Shown here piece after piece: positions 12,821-20,776 of a stretch of 64,000 bases of DNA (positions are counted from its first letter, which is position 1; each line of letters starts with the position of its first letter). The stretch is taken from positions 964 through 64,963 of the forward strand of contig JAFTLQ010000015.1 of NCBI GenBank assembly GCA_017455905.1, given 5' to 3'. Below the pieces are notes generated by a model that had not been told where the DNA came from, searched no databases, and worked only from the letters and a program-made list of their open reading frames with translations. This DNA comes from Clostridia bacterium (GTDB lineage Bacteria; Bacillota; Clostridia; Oscillospirales; CAG-272). The position numbers and the translations under genes were made by a program.

Positions 12821-13831
12821 TTACAGTATATCTGTTCCGATCGGCGTCAGGAAGCAGTCGTGAAATTCCTCGGCACTCTTACAGCGGGGAAGTGCCCACA
12901 TGATCTTGGCAACGGCGGCCTCGGTGGTCATATCGTACGCCTCGGGTAGATGGTGTATCTGCTTGATGCGCCGACCGACCTGATACACCGACATGTCGCT
13001 GCCCTCGTGCGGGACCTGCGTCGCGATGACGATGCGTACGCCGCGCTCGATCAACATACGGATCTTGTCGGAAAACTCGTCGTTGTCGTAAAAGGGAAGA
13101 CCTCCCACACCGAAGCTTTCGATGATCACCGCATGATAGTGCTCGGCTACGTAATCAAAGATATCGGCACGCATGCCGGGGATCAGCTTGATCACGATGA
13201 CCGACGGGTCAATGGTATCGTAGAAGCGAACGGGGCCTTGGATCGCCTCGCGGATATAGTAGCGAACGGCGCCGTCTCGAACAAAGCCGATGTCGGGATA
13301 GTCCATGCTGGAAAAGGCACGAAAGCTTTTCGTGTGCGTTTTTCTCGCGCGTGTGGCGGCAATGATCTTGCCGTTAAACACGATGTGAACGCCGCAGGCG
13401 TCGTCGTCGGAGGCATATAAAAAGGCAGCGGCCAGATTGTCTCTTGCGTCGGTGTCGCGCTGCTCGATGGGGATCTGCGCGCCCGTGAAGACGATCGGCT
13501 TCGGGCTGTTTTGCACGAGATAGTGAAGCAGAGCGGCGGCGTACGCCATGGTGTCGGTGCCGTGTGTGATCACGAAGCCGTCGTACGTGTTGTACGCTTC
13601 ACGGATATAGCGCGCGATATGAAGCCAATAGGCAGGCTTCATGTTGGTGCTGTCTAAGCGGTACAGCGATACGGTGCTGACAAAGCACCGCTGCTCTACC
13701 TCGGGTACGTGAGAGAGCAGGTGATCGGAGGCAAGGGTGGGTGCCAGTCCCTCCTCGCTGACGGAGGAGGCGATGGTGCCGCCCGTGCTGATGAGAAGGA
13801 TATGCTTTTTTCGATTGTCGGAGGGCGTCAT
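12821..13831 (-). CDS. ansA: type I L-asparaginase
   Basis: ILLISTGGTIAS (TGGTIA active-site motif) and HGTDTMAY. ATG 13831 (MTPSDNRKKHILL...) is preceded by AGGAGA. The track start at 13867 adds 12 unsupported residues. Confidence 0.9.
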   Translation of the reverse strand: MTPSDNRKKHILLISTGGTIASSVSEEGLAPTLASDHLLSHVPEVEQRCFVSTVSLYRLDSTNMKPAYWLHIARYIREAYNTYDGFVITHGTDTMAYAAALLHYLVQNSPKPIVFTGAQIPIEQRDTDARDNLAAAFLYASDDDACGVHIVFNGKIIAATRARKTHTKSFRAFSSMDYPDIGFVRDGAVRYYIREAIQGPVRFYDTIDPSVIVIKLIPGMRADIFDYVAEHYHAVIIESFGVGGLPFYDNDEFSDKIRMLIERGVRIVIATQVPHEGSDMSVYQVGRRIKQIHHLPEAYDMTTEAAVAKIMWALPRCKSAEEFHDCFLTPIGTDIL

Positions 13832-13946
13832 GCGGTAAATTCTCCTGTTGACTTGTGATAAACGCATCGGTATCGTATGGCCCTTAGTATATCACAACCG
13901 AGCGGTTTTGTCAATGATAGTGGGCAAAAATACGATAATTTTGCAA

Positions 13947-13988
13947 CAAAGCAGGCGATGGCTCGGTCACGGGCCATCGCCTGCTTTG
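13947..13988 (-). terminator. intrinsic terminator after rubredoxin gene
   Basis: Perfect CAAAGCAGGCGATGGC / GCCATCGCCTGCTTTG stem directly after the rubredoxin stop. On the minus strand it is followed by TTGTTGCAAAATT. Confidence 0.7.
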
Positions 13989-13991
13989 TTG

Positions 13992-14150
13992 TTACGCTTC
14001 GCTGAAGGTGTCCTTGCCAACGCCGCACAGCGGGCAGGTAAAATCCTCGGGCAGGTCTTCAAACGGTGTGCCGGGGGCAATACCGAGCTCGGGAGCGCCG
14101 AGCTCCTCGTTGTATTCCCAGCCGCAAGCGTCGCATACGTAGGTTTTCAT
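13992..14150 (-). CDS. rubredoxin
   Basis: Not in the ORF track (52 aa). It translates to MKTYVCDACGWEYNEELGAPELGIAPGTPFEDLPEDFTCPLCGVGKDTFSEA, with two CxxCG knuckles as in classic rubredoxin. An AAGGAGA SD lies upstream. Confidence 0.9.
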   Translation of the reverse strand: MKTYVCDACGWEYNEELGAPELGIAPGTPFEDLPEDFTCPLCGVGKDTFSEA

Positions 14151-14192
14151 GTGAGTATCTCCTTTGTGTTGTAATGTAGTTTGTGTATGTAT

Positions 14193-14954
14193 TTATCCAA
14201 GCAGGAAGTTCAAGGCAAGCATCAGGCAAAAGCCGATGAGGTGCGCATAGGTGGCTTCCCGTTCGTTTCCGTGTGCGTGTGTCTCGGGGATCATTTCGTC
14301 GCTGATGACGTACAGCATAGTGCCTCCCGCAAAGGCGAGGGCAAAGGGGAGAAGAGCGGTCGACAGACAAACGGCAAAATAGCCGATGAGCGTTCCGACG
14401 ATCTCAATGACGCCGGTGAGCAGAGCGATCGCCAATGTGCGTCTCCGACTCATGCCGGTCGACAGAAGCGGTGCGATGATGACCATGCCCTCCGGAATGT
14501 TCTGCAGAGCGATACCCCCGGCAACGGCGAGTGCCTGTACGGTGTTGCCGCTGCCAAAGCTGACACCCGCGGCAATGCCTTCGGGCAAATTGTGGATCGC
14601 GATGGCAATAACGAACAGCCAGCTTTTGTTTATACGGTCTCCGCTCGCAGGGTGATGCTCGGTATCGGACCCCGACAGCTTGTGCAAATGAGGCACCAAG
14701 CGGTCAATGAGGTTAAGACAAACGGCACCGGCAAGAACGCCGAGGATCGTGATAAGAATGGCACCCTTGCCCTCGCCGTAGGTCAGAGAAGGGAGGATCA
14801 GACCGACGGTCGCCGCAGCCAGCATGACGCCTGCCGCAAAGGACAGGGTGATATCGCTGCTTTTTTGCGACGGATGCTTGAATAGGAATCCGAGCAAGGC
14901 TCCGACGCCGGTCGCCGCACCGACCCCAAGGGCGGTCAGAAGTACGATCGTCAT
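14193..14954 (-). CDS. ZIP family metal (zinc/iron) transporter
   Basis: HNLPEGIAAG and LQNIPEGMVI motifs, polytopic membrane protein, AGGAGG SD before ATG 14954. Confidence 0.85.
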   Translation of the reverse strand: MTIVLLTALGVGAATGVGALLGFLFKHPSQKSSDITLSFAAGVMLAAATVGLILPSLTYGEGKGAILITILGVLAGAVCLNLIDRLVPHLHKLSGSDTEHHPASGDRINKSWLFVIAIAIHNLPEGIAAGVSFGSGNTVQALAVAGGIALQNIPEGMVIIAPLLSTGMSRRRTLAIALLTGVIEIVGTLIGYFAVCLSTALLPFALAFAGGTMLYVISDEMIPETHAHGNEREATYAHLIGFCLMLALNFLLG

Positions 14955-15056
14955 GTGTATGCCTCCTTGTGCTTGAAAGGTTTATGCCGATGACCGTCGG
15001 TCACCAACCGGCTATGCAGTCTTTCTATGTATAGAATAGCACGGATACGGCCGTTT

Positions 15057-15077
15057 GTCTGTTGAATTTTCAACAAA
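15057..15077. promoter_or_regulatory. candidate Crp/Fnr-family operator (box 1) upstream of the ZIP-rubredoxin operon
   Basis: gtctgttgaattttcaacaaa has the imperfect palindrome TGTTGA-ATTT-TCAACA. It is identical over 21 nt to 16883-16903. Confidence 0.5.
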
Positions 15078-15084
15078 GTGCGAA

Positions 15085-15783
15085 TTATTCCAAAATTTTT
15101 CCGTCGGTAGTGATGGTGACGACCTGCCACGGAATGAATTTGCCGCTCGCCTGCAGGGCACGCTTGACCGCGTGCTCAAGGCCACCGCAGCAGGGCACCT
15201 CCATGCGTACGACGGTCACGCTTTGTATGTTGTTGCTCGCGAGGATCTGCGTCAGCTTTTCCGCGTAATCTCCCTCGTCGAGCTTGGGACAGCCGATGAG
15301 GGTGATGTGCTTTCGGATAAAGTCCTTATGGAAGCTTCCGTAGGCATATGCGGTGCAGTCAGCGGCGATCAGCAGCTTGGCGCCGTCGAAATACGGCGCG
15401 TTGATCGGCACGAGCTTGATCTGACACGGCCACTGCATGAGCTGACTGCTCACGGTTGCCGATCGTTCCTCTGTCACGGGGGTGGCGTGTTCGAGCGTTC
15501 GTGCGCGCGAGCCGGGACAGGCACACGGCTTTGCATCCATCAAGGTCTGCTGCTTGGCCTTTCGAACCGCCTCCTCGTCGTAGGCAGCAGCTTCGCGTTC
15601 CTCAAACGTGATGGCATCGGCGTGACAGGCAGGCAGACAGTCGCCCAGCCCGTCGCAATAGTCCTCGCGCATGAGCTTGGCTTTTCCGTCTATGATGCGG
15701 ATAGCCCCCTCGTGGCAGGCGACGGCGCATGCGCCGCATCCGTCGCATTTGGATTCGTCAATGGTAATGATCCTTCGTTTCAT
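15085..15783 (-). CDS. 4Fe-4S dicluster domain (ferredoxin-like) protein
   Basis: CDGCGACAVAC and CDGLGDCLPAC ferredoxin-type Cys clusters at the N-terminus, with further Cys pairs (CACP, CPKL, VPCCGG) downstream. Confidence 0.8.
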   Translation of the reverse strand: MKRRIITIDESKCDGCGACAVACHEGAIRIIDGKAKLMREDYCDGLGDCLPACHADAITFEEREAAAYDEEAVRKAKQQTLMDAKPCACPGSRARTLEHATPVTEERSATVSSQLMQWPCQIKLVPINAPYFDGAKLLIAADCTAYAYGSFHKDFIRKHITLIGCPKLDEGDYAEKLTQILASNNIQSVTVVRMEVPCCGGLEHAVKRALQASGKFIPWQVVTITTDGKILE

Positions 15784-15795
15784 AGAAATCTCCTT

Positions 15796-16830
15796 TCAAA
15801 AGCATTTGCCGCTCTTGCAGTCCTCGGCGCGATCGCCGCGATAGCAGAGCTCGTTTTCGCATTGTCCGTATTTCGCGAAATGCACGAGGTTTTGTACCGT
15901 CGTTTCCGCGATGTTTTCCAGCGCCTCCTCCGTCAGAAAGGCTTGATGGGAGGTGACGATGACGTTAGGCATGGAGATGAGTCGGGCGAGCGTGTCGTCC
16001 TCCATGATGTGTCCCGAATTGTCCTCAAAGAATAGCTCCGACTCCTCCTCGTACACGTCGAGGCAGGCCGCACCTACCTGACGCGATTTGATGCCGTTCA
16101 GCAGAGCCTCGGTGTCGACCAGCGCACCGCGGGAGGTGTTGAGGATGACGACGCTGCGCTTGCACATGGCGAGGGTATCCTGGTTGATCATGTGGTAGGT
16201 CTCCTCTGTGAGAGGGCAGTGCAAGGAGAGAATGTCGCTGCTTGAAAACAGCTCGTCAAGTCCGACGTAGCGGATCGTATCGCCGTTGGCAAGGTCGTCG
16301 GCCGGATATTTATCGTAGGCCAGCACCCGCATACCGAAGCCGCGGCAGATGTCGATGAACACGCGGCCGATGCGTCCCGTACCGATGACGCCCACCGTCT
16401 TGCCGTGCAGATCAAAGCCCGTAAGTCCCGACAGGCTGAAATTGAAATCGCGGGAGCGGATATACGCCTTGTGGATGCGACGGATCGAGGTCAGAAGCAA
16501 GGCCATCGTGTGCTCGGCGACCGCATACGGCGAGTACGCGGGAACGCGCAGGACGTGCAGCTTGCCGTTTGCATACTTCATATCCACGTTGTTAAAGCCG
16601 GCACAGCGCAGCGCCAGCACGCGCACGTTCATGGATATCAGACGGTCAATGACGGCGGCGTTGACTGTGTCGTTGACAAAGGCGCAGACGCCGTCAAAGC
16701 CGCGCGCCAGCTCCACGGTATCCTCGTTCAGCTTGGTTTCAAAATATTTAAACGTCACGCCGTTTGCCTGTGCATGAGCGTTGAAGGATGGCAGATCGTA
16801 GGGCTTTGCGTCAAAAAAAGCAATGTTCAT
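15796..16830 (-). CDS. ldhA: D-lactate dehydrogenase / D-2-hydroxyacid dehydrogenase
   Basis: MNIAFFDAKPYD... N-terminus and GVIGTGRIGRVF NAD-binding motif. ATG 16830 is preceded by AGGAGG. The track start at 16923 adds 31 residues across the divergent promoter region. There is an unusual Cys-rich tail, CENELCYRGDRAEDCKSGKCF. Confidence 0.85.
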   Translation of the reverse strand: MNIAFFDAKPYDLPSFNAHAQANGVTFKYFETKLNEDTVELARGFDGVCAFVNDTVNAAVIDRLISMNVRVLALRCAGFNNVDMKYANGKLHVLRVPAYSPYAVAEHTMALLLTSIRRIHKAYIRSRDFNFSLSGLTGFDLHGKTVGVIGTGRIGRVFIDICRGFGMRVLAYDKYPADDLANGDTIRYVGLDELFSSSDILSLHCPLTEETYHMINQDTLAMCKRSVVILNTSRGALVDTEALLNGIKSRQVGAACLDVYEEESELFFEDNSGHIMEDDTLARLISMPNVIVTSHQAFLTEEALENIAETTVQNLVHFAKYGQCENELCYRGDRAEDCKSGKCF

Positions 16831-16882
16831 AGTAGAACCTCCTTGACTTTGTGATCTTATTGTACTATAATACGTATAGTTC

Positions 16883-16903
16883 GTCTGTTGAATTTTCAAC
16901 AAA
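16883..16903. promoter_or_regulatory. candidate Crp/Fnr-family operator (box 2) in the ldhA / crp-fnr divergent region
   Basis: Same 21-mer gtctgttgaattttcaacaaa as at 15057-15077. It lies between the ldhA start (16830, minus strand) and the regulator start (16915, plus strand). Confidence 0.5.
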
Positions 16904-16914
16904 AGGAGAAAAAA

Positions 16915-17574
16915 TTGAAACAATATCTATCGGTGCTGGCTGCCTGTCCCTTGTTCGCCGATATCGGTGAGGAGCAGCTGCTTCGCATGCTTGACTGTCT
17001 TGGGGCACGTGTGGCGTCGTTTGATAAAAAATATACGGTGATGGCCGAGGGCGCACCTGCGACGTACATCGGCATCGTTCTTTCGGGCTCGGTGCAGATC
17101 GTGCAGAACGATTATTACGGCAATCGGACGATCCTGAGCGTCGTACAGCCGCCGCAGGTGTTTGCCGAGGCCTTTGCCTGCGCACAAACGCCCGCCTTGC
17201 CCGTGACCGTCGTTGCCGATGAGCCGAGCGAGATCATGCTCCTTGATTGCCGACACGTGCTGCATACGTGTGAAAACAACTGCGGCTTTCATCAGCAGCT
17301 GATCTTTAATTTGATGAAGGATCTGGCCAACAAGACCGTTATCTTCCATCAGAAGATCGACATTACCTCCAAGCGCACGACGCGCGAAAAGCTGATGACC
17401 TATCTGATGCTACAGGCCAAGGAGGCGGGGAAGAGGAGCTTTGATATTCCCTTCGACCGTCAGGAGCTGGCCGACTATCTGGAGGTCGATCGAAGCGGTC
17501 TGTCCGCCGAGATCAGCAAGCTGCGCCGAGAGGGCGTGCTGGCCTGTCAAAAGCATCGGTTCACCCTGCTGTAA
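16915..17574 (+). CDS. Crp/Fnr family transcriptional regulator
   Basis: cNMP-binding-like N-terminal domain and C-terminal HTH (TREKLMTYLMLQA...RQELADYLEVDRSGLSAEISKLRREG). TTG 16915 follows an AAAGGAGA SD. The track start at 16888 lies inside the operator. Confidence 0.85.
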   Translation: MKQYLSVLAACPLFADIGEEQLLRMLDCLGARVASFDKKYTVMAEGAPATYIGIVLSGSVQIVQNDYYGNRTILSVVQPPQVFAEAFACAQTPALPVTVVADEPSEIMLLDCRHVLHTCENNCGFHQQLIFNLMKDLANKTVIFHQKIDITSKRTTREKLMTYLMLQAKEAGKRSFDIPFDRQELADYLEVDRSGLSAEISKLRREGVLACQKHRFTLL

Positions 17575-17782
17575 GGTATCGCGCAGGAGAAGGGCAGCGT
17601 GCCCGACGTCTTTCTTTCGCTTATTTTGAACCGAGAGGCGAATCCTTATGCGTCGACTGCTTGTCGGCAAAACGCACAAAATGAATACAACTATTTACAA
17701 AATACGACTGTATAGATCCCTATGACGGTGAAAACGATCGCCGCCTTGAACTATCATAGCCGGATCTGGCGAAACGGAGCAG

Positions 17783-18538
17783 ATGCCTATGTCAAAGATA
17801 CGAGAACGCTTACAAAGAGAAAAAAAGGAGACGGAGCTCCTTTTGCGATGCATTCCGACGACGGTGGTGACGCTGTTTGTCGTGAGTGTCATTTGCATGA
17901 ACCTTCTGGCAGAGAAGACGTTGGTACAGCTGCCGTGGATCGCTCTTGACGGCGGTATCCTGATCTCGTGGCTGTCATTTATGTGTATGGACGTCATCAC
18001 CAAGCACTTCGGTCCGGGTGCCTCCAATCGCATCTCCCTTTTGGCTGTCGGCATCAATCTTCTTACGTGCCTGATCTTCTTCGTCGCCGGATCGCTCCCC
18101 TCAAGCGCGGGGGATTATCGCGCATTCGACGGAATTTTTCGCGGCACGTGGTTCATTCTTTTGGGAAGCACCGTCGCGTTTCTCTCCTCCGCGGTCATCA
18201 ACAATATGCTCAACTTTTCGATCGGTCACGCGTTCAAGCGCAATCCCAACGGACGGCTTGCCTACGCCATGCGTGCCTACGTGTCGACCTTTATCGCTCA
18301 GTTCCTGGATAACCTGATCTTTTCGCTCATCGTGTTCGTCGGCTTTGCACCCATCTTTTGGGACGGATTCCATTGGACGGTGCTGCAATGCGTCATGTGT
18401 GCGCTGACGGGAGCAGTGGCGGAGCTTGTCATGGAGATCGCGTTTTCACCGATCGGATACCGCGTCGTGACCCGCTGGAGGGCGAACCATGTGGGGAAGG
18501 AATACCTTGATTTTGTGGCAAAGGAGAAGCAAGTATGA
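17783..18538 (+). CDS. yhhQ: queuosine precursor transporter (YhhQ/VUT, DUF165 family)
   Basis: LPWIALDGGILISWLSFMCMDVITKHFG and FIAQFLDNLIFSLIVF motifs, six TM helices. The start could be ATG 17783 or ATG 17789. Confidence 0.8.
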   Translation: MPMSKIRERLQREKKETELLLRCIPTTVVTLFVVSVICMNLLAEKTLVQLPWIALDGGILISWLSFMCMDVITKHFGPGASNRISLLAVGINLLTCLIFFVAGSLPSSAGDYRAFDGIFRGTWFILLGSTVAFLSSAVINNMLNFSIGHAFKRNPNGRLAYAMRAYVSTFIAQFLDNLIFSLIVFVGFAPIFWDGFHWTVLQCVMCALTGAVAELVMEIAFSPIGYRVVTRWRANHVGKEYLDFVAKEKQV

Positions 18539-19188
18539 AGATCTTGATCACGGGTACGACACAGGGCATCGGACGGGCAACGGCGGAGCGATTCCTTTCC
18601 GAAGGGCATACGGTGATCGGCATTGATCGACAGCCGCCGAGCATCACGCACGACCGCTACACGCACTACACGTGCGACGTTCGTGCATACGACGAGCTGC
18701 CCGACGTATGCGACGTCGACGTTCTCATCAACAACGCCGGCACGCAGAACGAGGCCGATATCGACGTCAATCTCAAGGCCCTGATCCATATCACGGAACG
18801 CTACGGCGTACAGCCGCACATCCGCGCCATTCTGCACATCGGGTCGGCGAGTGCCCATACGGGCGCGGAATTTCCCGAATACTGCGCCAGCAAGGGCGGC
18901 ATTCTCGCCTATACGAAAAACGTGGCGATGCGCGTCGCGCCCTACGGTGCGACCTGCAACAGCCTCGATCCCGGCGGCGTTCTCACGCCGCTCAATGCGT
19001 GCGTGATGAACGACCCCACCCTGTGGGCGCGCATCATGGACGAAACGCCCCTCAAGCGTTGGGCGACACCCGAGGAGATCGCGCAGTGGGCGTATTTCCT
19101 GACGGTGACGAATACCTTTTGCACAGGGCAGAGCATTTTGGTCGACGGCGGCGAATCCATCAATTATCACTTCGTCTGGAAGGATTAA
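18535..19188 (+). CDS. SDR family oxidoreductase
   Basis: ILITGTTQGIGRATAERF (TGxxxGIG), NNAG, and YCASKGG (YxxxK). The ATGA overlap with yhhQ suggests translational coupling. Confidence 0.85.
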   Translation: MKILITGTTQGIGRATAERFLSEGHTVIGIDRQPPSITHDRYTHYTCDVRAYDELPDVCDVDVLINNAGTQNEADIDVNLKALIHITERYGVQPHIRAILHIGSASAHTGAEFPEYCASKGGILAYTKNVAMRVAPYGATCNSLDPGGVLTPLNACVMNDPTLWARIMDETPLKRWATPEEIAQWAYFLTVTNTFCTGQSILVDGGESINYHFVWKD

Positions 19189-19417
19189 TCATCGCTGCCC
19201 CTTGACCGATAGCGTATGATCCATGAGAAAAAACAACAAATGTAAACTATTGTTGTGATATAGCGCACAAAAAGGTGTATACAAGGGATGAGCGCATGAA
19301 ATCAAACGTGATACAACGGAGGGAAGGAGAGGACCATGTCAACGTATAACGAGCTGATCAAAAACTTCAAAACATCCATTGAAGACAGAATTGACGAATT
19401 GAAAAAACGAGGTGATT

Positions 19418-19639
19418 ATGATGAATGAATCAACAATAAAATTCATTATTTCAAGAGTGATTGAAAATGACAAAGATGCGGCGGAAGAAGCGAAGCAAAA
19501 CAAAGCGGATGATTTCTACAAGGGGCGCAAAATGGCTTATTATGAAATTTTGGACACCATCAAAAACGAAATGGATGTAAGGGATGCAGATTTAAAACAA
19601 TTGGGTCTTGACATTGACCTTGAAAAAGAATTTCTATAA
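19418..19639 (+). CDS. hypothetical protein (AT-rich islet)
   Basis: ATG 19418 after a GAGGTGA SD, coiled-coil-like and acidic, followed by a terminator. A possible 30-aa ORF (19336-19428, MSTYNELIKNF...) overlaps its start. Confidence 0.55.
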   Translation: MMNESTIKFIISRVIENDKDAAEEAKQNKADDFYKGRKMAYYEILDTIKNEMDVRDADLKQLGLDIDLEKEFL

Positions 19640-19641
19640 AT

Positions 19642-19673
19642 AAGCACTTTGCAGTGATGCAGGGTGCTTTTTA
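19642..19673 (+). terminator. intrinsic terminator
   Basis: AAGCACTTTGCA / TGCAGGGTGCTT hairpin followed by TTTTT. Confidence 0.65.
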
Positions 19674-19693
19674 TGTAAAGAAAGAAAAAAGAA

Positions 19694-20032
19694 ATGGCAA
19701 AAGATGATTTTTTCAAGATCGTGTATGCACTGCTGACTGAATTGTACGCATGCAAGAAAGAAGGGTGCAAGGTCAACCCGCAGGACATAAGCCCGGAGCG
19801 CTTTGGAATCAATGAAGGCTACCTGTTAGACATTCTTGCAGAACTGCTGAATGAGGGCTATATAAAAGGCATTCTTATGCGTAAAACAAAAGGCACCGGA
19901 AGCTATTGTGTCGGTGGACTTGAAGACATCGACATCACCATGAAGGGCATTGAGTATTTGCAAGACAATTCCATGATGAATAAGGTGCGTAATATATTGC
20001 AGGAATTGAAAAACTTGATTCCCGGTATTTAA
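19694..20032 (+). CDS. YjcQ family (phage-associated) protein
   Basis: The overall pattern (..FGINEGYLLDILAELLNEGYIKG...ITMKGIEYLQDNSMMNK) resembles B. subtilis YjcQ-type prophage proteins. Confidence 0.6.
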   Translation: MAKDDFFKIVYALLTELYACKKEGCKVNPQDISPERFGINEGYLLDILAELLNEGYIKGILMRKTKGTGSYCVGGLEDIDITMKGIEYLQDNSMMNKVRNILQELKNLIPGI

Positions 20033-20040
20033 TTAAAACA

Positions 20041-20070
20041 AAGCATCCTACAAGAAAGGGTGCTTTTTTC
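20041..20070 (+). terminator. intrinsic terminator
   Basis: AAGCATCC / GGGTGCTT stem followed by TTTTTT. Confidence 0.65.
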
Positions 20071-20094
20071 ATGCCACAAAAGGAGTGATGCGGA

Positions 20095-20388
20095 TTGATT
20101 GAAATACACCGCTTCGATGGCGGAATAACAATGAAGGGTCATGCACACTATGCGGAACCGGGAAAAGATATTGTCTGCGCCGGTGTTTCCGCTTTGGTGC
20201 AGACCCTTATTCAGTCGATCGAGGAATTGACGGCAGACAAAATTCAATACAGTATGCAGCCGGGACCGGTTGACATAAAATTCAGGGATTTATCAGAGCA
20301 TGCGCAGCTTCTGGTGGATTCCTTTTTTGTTGGGATTGACATGATTGCAAGTGAATATCCCGACAATGTGAAACTGACCAAGCATTGA
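20095..20388 (+). CDS. Prp-like (ribosomal-processing cysteine protease family, DUF464) protein, stand-alone copy
   Basis: GHAHYAEPGKDIVCAGVSALVQT closely matches the Prp/YsxB signature (GHA...G.DIVCA.VS). TTG start after an AAAGGAG SD. It is not flanked by rplU/rpmA. Confidence 0.75.
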   Translation: MIEIHRFDGGITMKGHAHYAEPGKDIVCAGVSALVQTLIQSIEELTADKIQYSMQPGPVDIKFRDLSEHAQLLVDSFFVGIDMIASEYPDNVKLTKH

Positions 20389-20402
20389 TGTCATAAAAAG
20401 CT

Positions 20403-20654
20403 ATGGGAAACAAAAGACAAGCTAATCGGCGCGCGACGAAAGCAAAAGCGTATTTGCAACCGGATATTGATCGATCCACTGAGACTTGGCTTGGTCAATT
20501 GGAGCAGCGGCTTTCATATCACGTGTGGTTTTGCGGGCATTATCACGTAGATAAACCGATCGACAGAATTTGTATGATGTACCGCACCATTCGCCGGTTG
20601 CATCCGGGCACGGACGAGGAAGGGATGTGTCAAGCGGCGCGTGAATGCATATGA
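20403..20654 (+). pseudogene. C-terminal remnant of a phage-type metallophosphoesterase
   Basis: Only the C-terminal part is present, with WFCGHYHVDKPIDRI (GH.H motif). The N-terminal metal-binding motifs are absent in every frame upstream. Confidence 0.55.
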
Positions 20655-20718
20655 TGGAGAGTCAACGCGCGTTTTGTCCCTCTTGCGTACAGGGCTTTCG
20701 TTTGTTTTTCGGCGGCTG

Positions 20719-20747
20719 TTGAATTTTATAAATATATGTGATATAAT
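20719..20747 (+). promoter_or_regulatory. sigma-70-type promoter of the SDR gene
   Basis: TTGAAT (20719-20724), 17-nt spacer, TATAAT (20742-20747). The -35 region repeats 13 nt (ctgttgaatttt) of the Crp/Fnr-type boxes. Confidence 0.6.
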
Positions 20748-20776
20748 GTCTAAAAACCGTATAGGAGGGACGATCC

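Noticed and set aside
15055-16035. 326-aa plus-strand ORF spanning the ferredoxin-like and ldhA genes
   Set aside because: It is antisense to two well-supported minus-strand genes and starts inside the palindromic operator. No motifs were found.
17575-17782. Classical preQ1-I riboswitch (short hairpin plus A-rich tail overlapping the SD)
   Set aside because: I found no segment resembling the compact preQ1-I consensus, so only a generic structured leader is reported as a finding.
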